DNA of 64,000 nucleotides from a virus (Duplodnaviria; Caudoviricetes): IMG/VR virus record IMGVR_UViG_3300048549_001527; one strand, 5' to 3'. Shown piece by piece: positions 38,441 to 47,304 of this stretch (position 1 is its first letter; each line of letters starts with the position of its first letter). The notes under the pieces were generated by a model. It saw only the letters and a program-made list of their open reading frames with translations, ran no database searches and was not told where the DNA came from. The position numbers and the translations under genes were made by a program.

Positions 38441-39052
38441 TTATCCAACGATTAATTCATAAATTTCTTTCCAATTATTTGCACGAGTGGTTAGAGAATT
38501 AATTTCAGTATTTTCATTATGATGGTGATTGACTAGAATTGCTTCTAAACCAAGCGCAGTGCCAAGGTCAGCATTTTGTGGTTTGTCTTCAACCCAATAA
38601 CAACCAGTTCCAGAATATGGCGCAAGAGCATCATCTTTGTCAGCTCCAGTGTCAAGGTAAGTAAAGTTTTCAAAGACGCTAGGACCAAACATTTCAATCA
38701 AGTTTTTAGTTCGAAGATGTTGAGAATAATAGCAAGTACTCAATGAACTGATTACTCGGAAGACATATCCGTGTTCCTCATGGAGTTTCCGAACATACTT
38801 AATTGCATCACGTAAAGGCGGAAGTTTACGGATCCAAGCAGACTCGTTGAACATACGAACAATCCGTTCTTTATCTTCAACTCGTAAGCCATAGCGAAGA
38901 GTCATATCATACTGATCTTCCATGCCTTCTTGGATTTGATAATCATGACGTTCCATCCAACCTGTGAACGCGTATTCCCAATCAAGGAGTACTCCGTCAA
39001 CGTCAACTAGGATGACTTTGTCGGCAATGGTTTCATTAGAACGGTTATACAT
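38441..39052 (-). CDS. HAD-family 5'(3')-deoxyribonucleotidase-like protein
   Basis: ILVDVDGVLLDW; WVEDKPQN. Confidence 0.8.
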   Translation of the reverse strand: MYNRSNETIADKVILVDVDGVLLDWEYAFTGWMERHDYQIQEGMEDQYDMTLRYGLRVEDKERIVRMFNESAWIRKLPPLRDAIKYVRKLHEEHGYVFRVISSLSTCYYSQHLRTKNLIEMFGPSVFENFTYLDTGADKDDALAPYSGTGCYWVEDKPQNADLGTALGLEAILVNHHHNENTEINSLTTRANNWKEIYELIVG

Positions 39053-39053
39053 A

Positions 39054-39326
39054 TTAGGCTACTTTCTTTAATAGTGATGGTGTAACTTTCCAAGTTACGG
39101 TAGGAGTTTTAACGACGATAGTCTTCTGATTGATTTTTGAAATCAGACCTTCAATACGACCACGGCGATTTGCGTCAAACCAAACTTTATCTCCGACGTT
39201 AAATGCGTTTCCGATTTCACGTTGCGTTTGACGTTGACGATTTTTGACTTCTGTGATAATTGCATCAAGTGTATCCTTGTCAGCGTTACGGATTGTTTTC
39301 AGTGTTGTTTGGTTTAACTTTTTCAT
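39054..39326 (-). CDS. Hypothetical protein with SH3/KOW-like C-terminus
   Basis: FNVGDKVWF...GLISKINQKTIVV...WKVTPSLL; start re-set to fit RBS and promoter. Confidence 0.6.
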   Translation of the reverse strand: MKKLNQTTLKTIRNADKDTLDAIITEVKNRQRQTQREIGNAFNVGDKVWFDANRRGRIEGLISKINQKTIVVKTPTVTWKVTPSLLKKVA

Positions 39327-39352
39327 TTTCATTTTCCTTTGTTGATATATAC

Positions 39353-39381
39353 AATCTATCTGATTCGCGAGCAAATGTCAA
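39353..39381 (-). promoter_or_regulatory. Sigma70-type early promoter with GANTC in spacer
   Basis: TTGACA-17nt-TAGATT; GAATC at 39362-39366 (TGATTCG on + strand). Confidence 0.78.
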
Positions 39382-39387
39382 TAGTTA

Positions 39388-39780
39388 TTATGCAGACTCC
39401 GCAAATAAATTCATTTCAACTTCTTCCATTAACCAAGTGCCATTTGGTCCATAAGTTGAAGTGAAGAACCACGCGTCACCATCGAAAAGATAAAGATAAT
39501 CAGCAGAGGCAAATTCGCGTCCTTCTGCTAAGAATTCTTCAACTGAATTATATGTTACAGGGGATTGGTTTGAATGGACTGACTCATCCAAAGATGTTTG
39601 TAGGTCATCTTTTAAAGATGAGATATAACCAGCATTTGCCAATTCTTTGGCAAGCTTTGGTGTGTTATACCATTCGTACAACTGACGGCCGTTATAAGCA
39701 AGATAACCATCATAATGACAATATGTTGCAGTAACTGTGCCGTCTTCGTTGTAGTTTGCGATCATTGATGAAGTACCCAT
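39388..39780 (-). CDS. Hypothetical conserved phage protein
   Basis: MGTSSMIA...YCHYDGY...G..L...Y pattern; ADYLYLFDGDAW. Confidence 0.7.
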   Translation of the reverse strand: MGTSSMIANYNEDGTVTATYCHYDGYLAYNGRQLYEWYNTPKLAKELANAGYISSLKDDLQTSLDESVHSNQSPVTYNSVEEFLAEGREFASADYLYLFDGDAWFFTSTYGPNGTWLMEEVEMNLFAESA

Positions 39781-39809
39781 AAGATTGATTCCTTTTGTTT
39801 TACCTTATA

Positions 39810-39843
39810 GAATCAATATAACCTATTTGTACTCAAATGTCAA
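39810..39843 (-). promoter_or_regulatory. Sigma70-type early promoter with GANTC abutting -10
   Basis: TTGACA-17nt-TATATT-GATTC(39814-39810). Confidence 0.8.
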
Positions 39844-39862
39844 TAGTTAATATGAAAAAGAA

Positions 39863-40036
39863 TTATCTTTTTTGTTCTTCAGTATCAAGATTGGAATATT
39901 TTTCTTGCCGTTTCAGTTTCTTTTTATCACGACGATTTTTCATACGCTTTTCCTTACTGCGTACGCTTCGTTCTTCGTTGTGACCCCATTCATCGTGTTC
40001 CCAATCTTCACGGAACTCTTTAAAACTTTTAGCCAT
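39863..40036 (-). CDS. Small charged hypothetical protein, 57 aa (not in ORF track)
   Basis: Manual translation MAKSFKEFREDWEHDEWG...QKR; GGAAAG RBS; fills the gap exactly. Confidence 0.65.
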   Translation of the reverse strand: MAKSFKEFREDWEHDEWGHNEERSVRSKEKRMKNRRDKKKLKRQEKYSNLDTEEQKR

Positions 40037-40045
40037 TGGTCTTTC

Positions 40046-40486
40046 CTATGATACTTTCTCTTTAATTTCTATTAAGTCAGGAAATGCTGTCATGACTGTC
40101 TTTAAAGATAATCCTTTTGGTGATTTTCTAGTAATCATTTTACACAACATTTCAGCGTCATCATTATCAACATCTTCTAATAAACTAATGAATAAACTTT
40201 CACGCTTAATTTGGTTTAAATTATCATAACCGCCGCCTTTGATAAAAATCTTAAGGCGACGAGCTTCGTGATACAACAAACTTTTAGCTTCATCCTCGTA
40301 CTCATTTTTTTTCCAAGGTGGAGGTGTGTCAGGAATTAAAAACTCAACAGTTTCGTCATACCAAAGTTTAAGAATAGTTTTTAGTGGTTGATTTTCGTTT
40401 TCTTGAAGCCACGCCACTTTATCCTTCTTAACTGGTATTTCTATTGCTTTATTTATGATTTCTGAAATTGATCTTCTAACTGCCAT
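40046..40486 (-). CDS. Conserved T4-like hypothetical protein next to RNase H
   Basis: LLYHEARRLKIFIKGG..NLNQIKRESLFISLLE. Confidence 0.7.
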   Translation of the reverse strand: MAVRRSISEIINKAIEIPVKKDKVAWLQENENQPLKTILKLWYDETVEFLIPDTPPPWKKNEYEDEAKSLLYHEARRLKIFIKGGGYDNLNQIKRESLFISLLEDVDNDDAEMLCKMITRKSPKGLSLKTVMTAFPDLIEIKEKVS

Positions 40487-41347
40487 TTAAAAATCCTGTA
40501 TATCTGAAATTAGGTTTTTGAGTTTTCGGTTAACAAAGAAGTTAAACAGTTGAGACCGTCCAACATCTTTGTCTATGTTATACTCTTCAAGAATTGCCGT
40601 TTGATAATTTGTAGGAATCTGAGACAAGTCAATCATTGTCTTGTTGCGATGATAACGGCGTAATGTTTCTTCGTCCATTCCATCTGTTCCAGCACGGAAT
40701 TGCTCTATGCGCTTTTTAGTCATAGGCTTTTGACGTTGGCCAACTGCTAAGCAATTGTCTGGTGAAAGAATATTTGGAACACCGTCACCAGTGTCACCTT
40801 TTAAGACATGCTCAATTAAATATTGGTCAGGATTGTCATTACGAATCCAACGTTTGCGAACTGGGTCAAACTGATCTACATTAGCGTAAGTATGTAACTG
40901 TATGTAGTCCTTGTCTCCAGATAGAACAAGAAATTGTTCAGCTCCGCCATTTAGGACAGTGCCATTCTCGTGGATGATGGTACCAATGATATCATCAGCT
41001 TCAAGATGATCCATATGAAGAACTTTGTAAGGAAAGAACTCCTTTAGCTCGTCGCGGATAGTATTCATAATACCAAACAAATGAGTCCAATCGAGTTCAG
41101 ACTCATCACGAGACTTTTTACGATTAGCTTTGTAATATGGATATAGTTCACGGCGCCATGTATTTTTGCCATCAGCGCATATTACGATTTCTCCGTAATC
41201 TTCGGTAAACTTTTTACGATTAGCTCGTATTGAATTTAGGAACATATGACGAATAAGATTTTCGTCAATGTCCACGTTGTGGTGGTTACCGATGCTTGCG
41301 AATAGCGAAGCAAGAATAACTTGATTGTAGTCAACTAGTATAGCCAT
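40487..41347 (-). CDS. rnh: RNase H / 5'-3' exonuclease (T4 rnh)
   Basis: ILVDYNQV; WRRELYPYYKANRKK; EADDIIG; SGDKDYIQL; GDTGDGVPN. Confidence 0.93.
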   Translation of the reverse strand: MAILVDYNQVILASLFASIGNHHNVDIDENLIRHMFLNSIRANRKKFTEDYGEIVICADGKNTWRRELYPYYKANRKKSRDESELDWTHLFGIMNTIRDELKEFFPYKVLHMDHLEADDIIGTIIHENGTVLNGGAEQFLVLSGDKDYIQLHTYANVDQFDPVRKRWIRNDNPDQYLIEHVLKGDTGDGVPNILSPDNCLAVGQRQKPMTKKRIEQFRAGTDGMDEETLRRYHRNKTMIDLSQIPTNYQTAILEEYNIDKDVGRSQLFNFFVNRKLKNLISDIQDF

Positions 41348-41384
41348 TTTGTTTTCTCTGTTTCAATTTTATTTAATAATTACT

Positions 41385-41413
41385 ATACTAATCTAAATCT
41401 TCTTCAATGTCAA
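41385..41413 (-). promoter_or_regulatory. Sigma70-type promoter (no GANTC) upstream of rnh
   Basis: TTGACA-17nt-TAGTAT inside the 3' end of the upstream ORF. Confidence 0.55.
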
Positions 41414-41750
41414 CCATTTTTTTAGCTTCTGCCTCAAAATTTTCTATTTCTTCAATATCAACAAATTCTGAAGCAAACTCTTGCAATGGATGATGAACGC
41501 CATGAGCTTGTAAATGTAAGGACCTAATTGCTTCAAGTACTAATACCATAGATGGAAAATGCTTTTTTATTTCTTTATCAAAATCGCATCCCATACGTGA
41601 CATTTCGCCAAGAAGATTTCTCCATAAGTATTCAGAAGCTTCTTCGGCTATTTCTTCCTTATAATCAATAAGAACTTGCTGTAGTTCTTCACGTGTCTTT
41701 GCTGACGCGTTAACTTTGTCCTTTACAGGAAATTCTATGACATTAGACAT
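41388..41750 (-). CDS. Hypothetical protein
   Basis: ORF coupled to upstream glycosyltransferase (TAATG overlap). Confidence 0.65.
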   Translation of the reverse strand: MSNVIEFPVKDKVNASAKTREELQQVLIDYKEEIAEEASEYLWRNLLGEMSRMGCDFDKEIKKHFPSMVLVLEAIRSLHLQAHGVHHPLQEFASEFVDIEEIENFEAEAKKMVDIEEDLD

Positions 41751-42715
41751 TATCCGTTTCCAGCGCTATTTAAATCTTGCAATAATCTGTTCCAACTATT
41801 TGTAAAACTATTTATACTGTTCCGTGCTAAATTGAAGCGATCTGATGTTGTAAACTTTGGAATGAAGTTTGGATCAGATTTTTGAATATCTAATACTTGC
41901 TTTACAACTGAAAATGCGCGATTAGCATGTACGTTAGGATCCTCATGCCAATCATATGTAATTGTTGCGTTGGCTGCGGTTTCAGATAGTCCACCGTAAT
42001 TTGGATGAATACAAAGTACGCCGCTTTTAATTGCTTCAATTAACGCGATACAAGATGTTTCTTTCCAAATATTTGGATATAAGAATATGTGAGCTTTATC
42101 CAACGCGGCTAATACTCTTTCATTAGGAACTGAGCCATGATATGTCATATTAGGATGAGCATGGATTTTCGTAAACAAATCAACGTAAGGATCGTCTCTT
42201 TCAACCCAGCCATAAATTGCAAAAGAAGAATAAACATCAAGATGAATATTTTTATAATCTTTAGACAACGCATCTACGATTGGATACAAAAGTTCAAGAC
42301 CACGGTGCGGAGTAGTATGATAAATCAAACGGATTTCATTTGCATCTTTATCGAGATTTGGGTTATAAGGTTTTTCAACCGCGTTAGGAATTACTGAACA
42401 CATTGAGTACGGAATGTTGTAATACGTGATGTACATATCTCGTTGCCATGCTGTTACAAAAACAAAATGGTCAAAGTCTTTCCATCCGTTATTTGCAAGA
42501 ACTTTGTTTTCAGGATCTTCAGCTAAGTCATGGCAGTACATAATGTTTTTTACGTTAGTGTACATTTCACGTGGGCGCGAAAAATGAATAGCAAAATTTT
42601 GCAATACATCGCTTGGCACATTATCAATAACGCGCTTACGCATCATTTCAGTTCCGCCTATTGAATTTTTGGACTGTTCTGTTTCAATAATGTTACCTTG
42701 GTAAATACAGCTCAT
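41750..42715 (-). CDS. Glycosyltransferase, GT-B fold (GT4-like)
   Basis: SIGGTE; LIYHTTPHRGLELL; FLYPNIWKETSCIALIEA; YGGLSET. Confidence 0.85.
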   Translation of the reverse strand: MSCIYQGNIIETEQSKNSIGGTEMMRKRVIDNVPSDVLQNFAIHFSRPREMYTNVKNIMYCHDLAEDPENKVLANNGWKDFDHFVFVTAWQRDMYITYYNIPYSMCSVIPNAVEKPYNPNLDKDANEIRLIYHTTPHRGLELLYPIVDALSKDYKNIHLDVYSSFAIYGWVERDDPYVDLFTKIHAHPNMTYHGSVPNERVLAALDKAHIFLYPNIWKETSCIALIEAIKSGVLCIHPNYGGLSETAANATITYDWHEDPNVHANRAFSVVKQVLDIQKSDPNFIPKFTTSDRFNLARNSINSFTNSWNRLLQDLNSAGNG

Positions 42716-42969
42716 AAATTAAACTCCGTGCTAAAATCTTTAATTGTATCCCAACGGAATGAACGCCAGCCTTTAGCTTCAACATCCCATACTGCGAGAA
42801 CATCAGGATTTGGTTTCTTTTTTTGAATTTGTTCTTCAATGTCAATTTGTTCTGGTAACATTGATTCTTGAAGTGTACAATGCATGATGCGCTCATCACC
42901 ATTCTTTTTTGTAAAAACAACTTTACATATGCCTTTATGAAGGCTATCTTTCATTTCATCATTTGTCAT
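42712..42969 (-). CDS. Small SH3-fold (WYL_2-like) T4-family protein
   Basis: VVFTKKNGDERIMHCTL; VWDVEAKGWRSFRWD. Confidence 0.75.
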   Translation of the reverse strand: MTNDEMKDSLHKGICKVVFTKKNGDERIMHCTLQESMLPEQIDIEEQIQKKKPNPDVLAVWDVEAKGWRSFRWDTIKDFSTEFNL

Positions 42970-42991
42970 AATCTATCTCACTTTATATATG

Positions 42992-43231
42992 TTATTTAAA
43001 TACCAACTTTACTACTTCGTAATCTCTTAATACTTCAAAGGTGGCCGTAGCTAAATCAATAGTAGGTTCTTTTCTTATTCTTGATAAAACCCTGTCTACA
43101 AAGAATAGTTCTTTTCCATTATCTGCCATGATTTCAAGGCCTTCAAAAAAAGTTTCAATGTCATAAGGATTTTCATTGAAAACACTTTTCAGATAACGCT
43201 GAGTTTCTGTTCTGTTTGCTGATTTGTCCAC
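42992..43231 (-). CDS. Hypothetical protein
   Basis: ORF track, AAGGA RBS. Confidence 0.5.
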   Translation of the reverse strand: MDKSANRTETQRYLKSVFNENPYDIETFFEGLEIMADNGKELFFVDRVLSRIRKEPTIDLATATFEVLRDYEVVKLVFK

Positions 43232-43847
43232 GTTGTCCTTCCTTTTTATATATTGCTTCTAAAACATTATGAAGGTCTTTAAGATTTCCATTGTTATGGA
43301 TTCTGTAAGTGTCAACTTCAAACTTATGAGGCAATACATATTTTTTATTGATTGCGGTCTGTTTTTCGTTAGTGAACTCTTGAATAACGTTACCGTCAAA
43401 ATAACGCCTTGAGTCCGTCGAATAATCACAGCCTTCACGTGTAAGCTGCACTAATACGAAATTATTGGATCCAACTCTATTTATAACAGGAAGGAGTTCG
43501 TCAACAAATCCGCCGTCAGAAATTGCGTAATTCTTACTCATATCAATTTCGTTTGCAACTTGTAGACCAAAATAATCTAAACCACGTTTAGGCTTAATTA
43601 CTTTTTCTGAAACATAAATCATTGCTTCACGGCAAGACATATGGCCAAGATCCATATGAGGAACTTCTTTTACAGAACGATCGTCATATCTATTCATAAA
43701 CCATTCATAGCTTATATCAAAGTATTTTGCGGTTTCTTTATACAATTGATATTTAAAAGAAAGGTGTTTCCAACCTTTTTGTTTTTTGAAATAATCAGCA
43801 GCTGCGTCTTTTCCTGAAAGAGGAGGACCATTAAATAAAATGATCAT
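43173..43847 (-). CDS. Deoxynucleoside monophosphate kinase-like P-loop protein
   Basis: IILFNGPPLSGKD; SFK..L; REAMIYVSE; ISDGGF..E; start re-set to the ATGA overlap. Confidence 0.75.
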   Translation of the reverse strand: MIILFNGPPLSGKDAAADYFKKQKGWKHLSFKYQLYKETAKYFDISYEWFMNRYDDRSVKEVPHMDLGHMSCREAMIYVSEKVIKPKRGLDYFGLQVANEIDMSKNYAISDGGFVDELLPVINRVGSNNFVLVQLTREGCDYSTDSRRYFDGNVIQEFTNEKQTAINKKYVLPHKFEVDTYRIHNNGNLKDLHNVLEAIYKKEGQRGQISKQNRNSALSEKCFQ

Positions 43848-44074
43848 GCAAATTGGTCCTCCACGATATTTAGAATTTCTTCGGAAAACGCATTTTTCCA
43901 TTCTTGAGGTGTCATGCCCGAAAGAATGAATTCACGATCTTCAATTGATAAGTAAGGAAGTAAGTCATCCATACTTCCGTACCCAGCTTCGTATTGAGCA
44001 AAGTCTTTAGGATCCATAGGAATATCCTTTGTGCGGACAATTCCTGAAAAGGCACTTGTTTTTTTGATAATCAT
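43844..44074 (-). CDS. Hypothetical protein
   Basis: GGAG RBS before MIIKK; LSIEDREFILSGMTPQEW. Confidence 0.65.
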   Translation of the reverse strand: MIIKKTSAFSGIVRTKDIPMDPKDFAQYEAGYGSMDDLLPYLSIEDREFILSGMTPQEWKNAFSEEILNIVEDQFA

Positions 44075-44091
44075 GACATTCTCCATTAACT

Positions 44092-44131
44092 GATTCTAGA
44101 TTAATATAATCTATTCTAATAGAAATGTCAA
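44092..44131 (-). promoter_or_regulatory. Sigma70-type early promoter with GANTC near +1
   Basis: TTGACA-17nt-TATATT; GAATC at 44096-44092. Confidence 0.75.
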
Positions 44132-44562
44132 CCATTACTATCATCCATGAGCCATTTTAATCCCTTAACGTGGCTTCTATGGATTTTAGCTTGGCATATG
44201 CCGTTATAATATGAGTCGTCCAACAACGCATGACGAGTAATTTGTTCATAAAGTTCGAGATAGCCCATTTCACCTTTCTTATCGCAAAGATGTATTATTT
44301 CACGGTAAAAGTTATCTGGGCCTTTTTCTTCAACCATAAGTTTGACTTCTTCAGAAGAACCATAATATTTTTGCCAATCTGACTCAACAACTTTTGTGCG
44401 GCGTCGAGTTTTACCTTTTAAAGGTTTAAGTCTTCTTTTTGATTTGAAAAGCTTTTTACCGATATATTTTTTATCGTTAGAACCATCAGTGATTATATAG
44501 ACAAAGCCAATATAATCTCCAATATGTTCAGAGGTGAATTCCTCACCTTTGTAATGCCACAT
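44128..44562 (-). CDS. GIY-YIG endonuclease (T4 endonuclease II/DenA-like)
   Basis: GFVYIIT...KKYIGKK; SDWQKYYGSS; FYREIIHLC; YYNG. Confidence 0.8.
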   Translation of the reverse strand: MWHYKGEEFTSEHIGDYIGFVYIITDGSNDKKYIGKKLFKSKRRLKPLKGKTRRRTKVVESDWQKYYGSSEEVKLMVEEKGPDNFYREIIHLCDKKGEMGYLELYEQITRHALLDDSYYNGICQAKIHRSHVKGLKWLMDDSNG

Positions 44563-44564
44563 AG

Positions 44565-44594
44565 AATAACCCCATAGTAATAGGATTATTTATA
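44565..44594 (-). promoter_or_regulatory. Late promoter TATAAATA overlapping an RBS-sequestering hairpin
   Basis: TATAAATA 44594-44587; stem ATAATCCTAT/ATGGGGTTAT covers the GGGG RBS. Confidence 0.7.
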
Positions 44595-44597
44595 CCA

Positions 44598-44753
44598 TCA
44601 TTTAGCGATCTTAGTTTTGATATTACCACACATTTTACATTGCATAGTATATTTACGTGATAGCTTTTTACTAGGAAGTTTAACGATGTCAGTTTGAATG
44701 ATATGCCACCGATGAACGTGGCCATAAACAAGAAGCTGAATAATATTCCACAT
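44598..44753 (-). CDS. Small hypothetical protein, 51 aa, HxHxW...CxxC (not in ORF track)
   Basis: Manual translation MWNIIQLLVYGHVHRW...QCKMCGNIK; TAATG coupling to upstream gene. Confidence 0.6.
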   Translation of the reverse strand: MWNIIQLLVYGHVHRWHIIQTDIVKLPSKKLSRKYTMQCKMCGNIKTKIAK

Positions 44754-45100
44754 TAGGATCTCCGCATTTGTGCTGCGTCAACCATTGCTTTTTTGTTGTC
44801 CTTGCGAACTGGCATAAGGTTGGATTTATGAGTAGTTACAATGCCTGCAATTTCATTACCAGTGTATTTCATTTGTTCTTTCATAGAGCCATTACCAGCA
44901 ACACGATCAGAGGTTACTCGAGGTCCTGTATTATAATTGGGTAGCTCATAACGGTAATCTTGTTTCTTACCAGTATACCCTACGCGTGCTAGAAACGCCT
45001 CGTGTTCAGCCTCTGCAGCTTGCAACCGTTTGCTTTTATTTTTAATTTTACGTTTTTTAGTATTAAGGGAACTCATCCCTCGCACAAGATGCATAGTCAT
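44753..45100 (-). CDS. Conserved basic hypothetical protein
   Basis: YTGNEIAGIVTTHKSNLMPV...DAAQMRR. Confidence 0.7.
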   Translation of the reverse strand: MTMHLVRGMSSLNTKKRKIKNKSKRLQAAEAEHEAFLARVGYTGKKQDYRYELPNYNTGPRVTSDRVAGNGSMKEQMKYTGNEIAGIVTTHKSNLMPVRKDNKKAMVDAAQMRRS

Positions 45101-45102
45101 TA

Positions 45103-45345
45103 CTATACCTCTACAAACATAGTTTTAAGTTCTTCTTCGTCAAAGCCGTGGCCGTGACCCATAACTTGTTCATACAATTCCTGGAGCATATCGAATGATT
45201 CAGATTTGAAAAGATAAAGCGGGTTGCCACCAGCTGGGCCATTAGCCGTTATAAGTTGAGTGGTACAACCATGTTCAATTGCAAATCGTACAACCTCGTC
45301 GTGTGCTGCTTCGTGTGAGATGTCTAGTTCAACTGTGTATGTCAT
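45103..45345 (-). CDS. Hypothetical protein
   Basis: Start re-set to MTYTVELDI after AAAGGA RBS; GPAGGNP motif. Confidence 0.7.
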   Translation of the reverse strand: MTYTVELDISHEAAHDEVVRFAIEHGCTTQLITANGPAGGNPLYLFKSESFDMLQELYEQVMGHGHGFDEEELKTMFVEV

Positions 45346-45368
45346 AATGTATTCCTTTTCATTTGATA

Positions 45369-45402
45369 GAATCAATCTACCACATTTAAAGAGTAATGTC
45401 AA
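45369..45402 (-). promoter_or_regulatory. Sigma70-type early promoter with GANTC abutting -10
   Basis: TTGACA-17nt-TAGATT-GATTC(45373-45369). Confidence 0.78.
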
Positions 45403-45405
45403 TAG

Positions 45406-45666
45406 TTAAAATGAATCTTGGCCAAAGTTTCGAGTGTTTTCAATTTCTGTAGCAAACTCGTTATATCCACCGATGTAATTATCGTGCCACCAAATTTGTG
45501 GAACTGTTTCTGCATCAGGTTTTAAATCATACATTTCTGTTCTGTATTGGTCAAAGTCAATGTTTTTATATTCGTATTCTAGGCCGTGGCGTTCTGCTAA
45601 CTTTTTAGCACGCAAACAAAATCCGCAAGCGCTTTTACCATATATAACTACCATTCTGAATTCCAT
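45406..45666 (-). CDS. Glutaredoxin (start likely 45654)
   Basis: IYGKSACGFC (CxxC); TVPQIW; YIGGY. Confidence 0.9.
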   Translation of the reverse strand: MEFRMVVIYGKSACGFCLRAKKLAERHGLEYEYKNIDFDQYRTEMYDLKPDAETVPQIWWHDNYIGGYNEFATEIENTRNFGQDSF

Positions 45667-45893
45667 CCTTTCTTTTGTAACATGTATGTACCTTCAGGTA
45701 AGTCAAAAGAATGTACAAGCTGGTTAAACTGCGTGGCAGTTAATGCTATTACAGAAAACCTTTGCGTCTCTTCACACCATTGTCGAACATATGTAATGTC
45801 TTCATATAAAATAAATTGAACGTCTTCTTCTTTTCCTTCAGGATCAAGTAGAGTAATTAACGTTTCTTCCATGTCCATTTCTATTGTAAACAT
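45648..45893 (-). CDS. Hypothetical protein
   Basis: MFTIEMD..ET.ITLLD...EDVQ..LY.D..YVRQW; LPEGTY. Confidence 0.65.
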   Translation of the reverse strand: MFTIEMDMEETLITLLDPEGKEEDVQFILYEDITYVRQWCEETQRFSVIALTATQFNQLVHSFDLPEGTYMLQKKGWNSEW

Positions 45894-45910
45894 TGACTCC
45901 TCCTTTATTG

Positions 45911-46084
45911 TTATTTAGGAGTTTTTATAAGAATTTTGTCAATCTTTTTTTCAATATTTTCTATTCTTTTTAAAACTTCGCTGAGGATTTCAGGCAAAGG
46001 TGTTTCGCGTTTCGGTAGCTGAACTGGTGCTACGTCTTTATCATAATCAATTTCGTACACGTCGTTTTTCTTTTTAAACCACAT
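45911..46084 (-). CDS. Small hypothetical protein, 57 aa (not in ORF track)
   Basis: Manual translation MWFKKKNDVYEID...IENIEKKIDKILIKTPK. Confidence 0.5.
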   Translation of the reverse strand: MWFKKKNDVYEIDYDKDVAPVQLPKRETPLPEILSEVLKRIENIEKKIDKILIKTPK

Positions 46085-46805
46085 TGTTTAATGTCTCCCA
46101 CGTATCTTGCCAATCTTTAACTTGAAAACATCTAGCATTAGGATAATCTTTTAATGCATTTGCTAAAGACCAATCGTTTCCGCCGATTTCCATTTTATCT
46201 CCAAAGAAATAAATTTCATCGTCTTTACTAAAATCATCTAGGATTTGAGCTTTATCTCTTCCAATAGGATAAATGTCTAATCCTGTTTCACCACCGATTT
46301 GCGCAGTTAATCCTAAGCTTTCAGAACCAAATACATAATTGAAAGTTCTTGCTGTGTGTAAGCGGTCATTGTTTTTTCTATCATATTTGATATACCGTAA
46401 TCTTTGTTCTGCAGTTGCATTACGTCCTACAATACTAAAGTTAACACAGCCGCGGCGTTCTTCAATATGATTACCAGTTTGTGGTAAAAACGGCGAACGA
46501 ACAAGTTCCATTTCCAACCAATGGCGAGCGCTATCAGGTAATTGCCAACTTGAAGCATTGACGATCTTACCGCGAAATCTTGTTTCATTTCCGCTGCAAT
46601 TATATACAGTAACAACTTCTTCGCAAATATCCTTACCAAGCTGTTCTAAAGTTTTTGGATAGTCACTGCCAGTAACAAGCCATGTTTTGTTTGTTTGAAT
46701 AAAACCCCAAAACCATTTTTCAAAATGTTTGTTTATGCGCCGGCGACTCGGTGTAAGAGTTCCGTCAACATCAAATATGAATTTTTTTATTTCTGCCATG
46801 CGCAC
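46074..46805 (-). CDS. Phosphomannomutase, eukaryote-type HAD-IIB (start likely 46799)
   Basis: FDVDGTLTPSR; VTGSD; IEERRG.VNFSIVGRNA; GGETGLDIYP; FFGDK...GGND. Confidence 0.88.
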   Translation of the reverse strand: MRMAEIKKFIFDVDGTLTPSRRRINKHFEKWFWGFIQTNKTWLVTGSDYPKTLEQLGKDICEEVVTVYNCSGNETRFRGKIVNASSWQLPDSARHWLEMELVRSPFLPQTGNHIEERRGCVNFSIVGRNATAEQRLRYIKYDRKNNDRLHTARTFNYVFGSESLGLTAQIGGETGLDIYPIGRDKAQILDDFSKDDEIYFFGDKMEIGGNDWSLANALKDYPNARCFQVKDWQDTWETLNNVV

Positions 46806-46948
46806 GCCGCCAATTCGTTATCCTCAAAGGTTGCAGATAAAACAGCTTGGTTAATATTACACTGTTGGCGAGTGCTGTAACGATTAAATTCTGTTACTTT
46901 GTATTCGTTATGTTCTGAAACCAATGTTATTACAAATAATATCCACAT
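46787..46948 (-). CDS. Small exported two-Cys protein, 53 aa (not in ORF track)
   Basis: Manual translation MWILFVITLV...QQC...AACAWQK; TAATG coupling. Confidence 0.55.
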   Translation of the reverse strand: MWILFVITLVSEHNEYKVTEFNRYSTRQQCNINQAVLSATFEDNELAACAWQK

Positions 46949-47064
46949 TAGTCTAATACCTTGTATACCCAGCGAGTTAGAGGAGGATCTCCAAAATATC
47001 GAGCGTAAACAATTTTACCAACGCGTTCAAAAATTAAATGTTTACTTTCATCGTTCGTTTCCAT
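46948..47064 (-). CDS. Small hypothetical protein, 38 aa (not in ORF track)
   Basis: Manual translation METNDESKHLIFERVGKIVYARYFGDPPLTRWV; TAATG coupling at both ends. Confidence 0.55.
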   Translation of the reverse strand: METNDESKHLIFERVGKIVYARYFGDPPLTRWVYKVLD

Positions 47065-47303
47065 TATTCTCTTCCTGTCCAATGTTTCCGATTATGTGCT
47101 GTTGTAGTAAGGCTCTCAAACCTGCTAGCAATTTGGCGAACTTCATCGGAATCAAGATCGTCTGCTATTACACGTAGTCGAGCTAACCATAAAGTGTCTT
47201 GCTTGATAATATCAGCTGTACTGTAAATATCATTTTGGATAATACCAAGTGAGTTTAAATCATTCATTGTAAGTGGCTTTCTGCCTTCTGGTAGTTTAGC
47301 CAT
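47064..47303 (-). CDS. Hypothetical protein
   Basis: Start re-set to MAKLPEGRK. Confidence 0.6.
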   Translation of the reverse strand: MAKLPEGRKPLTMNDLNSLGIIQNDIYSTADIIKQDTLWLARLRVIADDLDSDEVRQIASRFESLTTTAHNRKHWTGRE

Positions 47304-47304
47304 C

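Noticed and set aside
44543..44731. 62-aa ORF from the track
   Set aside because: A different frame (44598-44753) has start-stop coupling and leaves the late promoter/hairpin intergenic
45937..45942. TTGACA as an additional early promoter
   Set aside because: No -10 at 17 nt (CCTAAA), and it lies inside a coding micro-ORF
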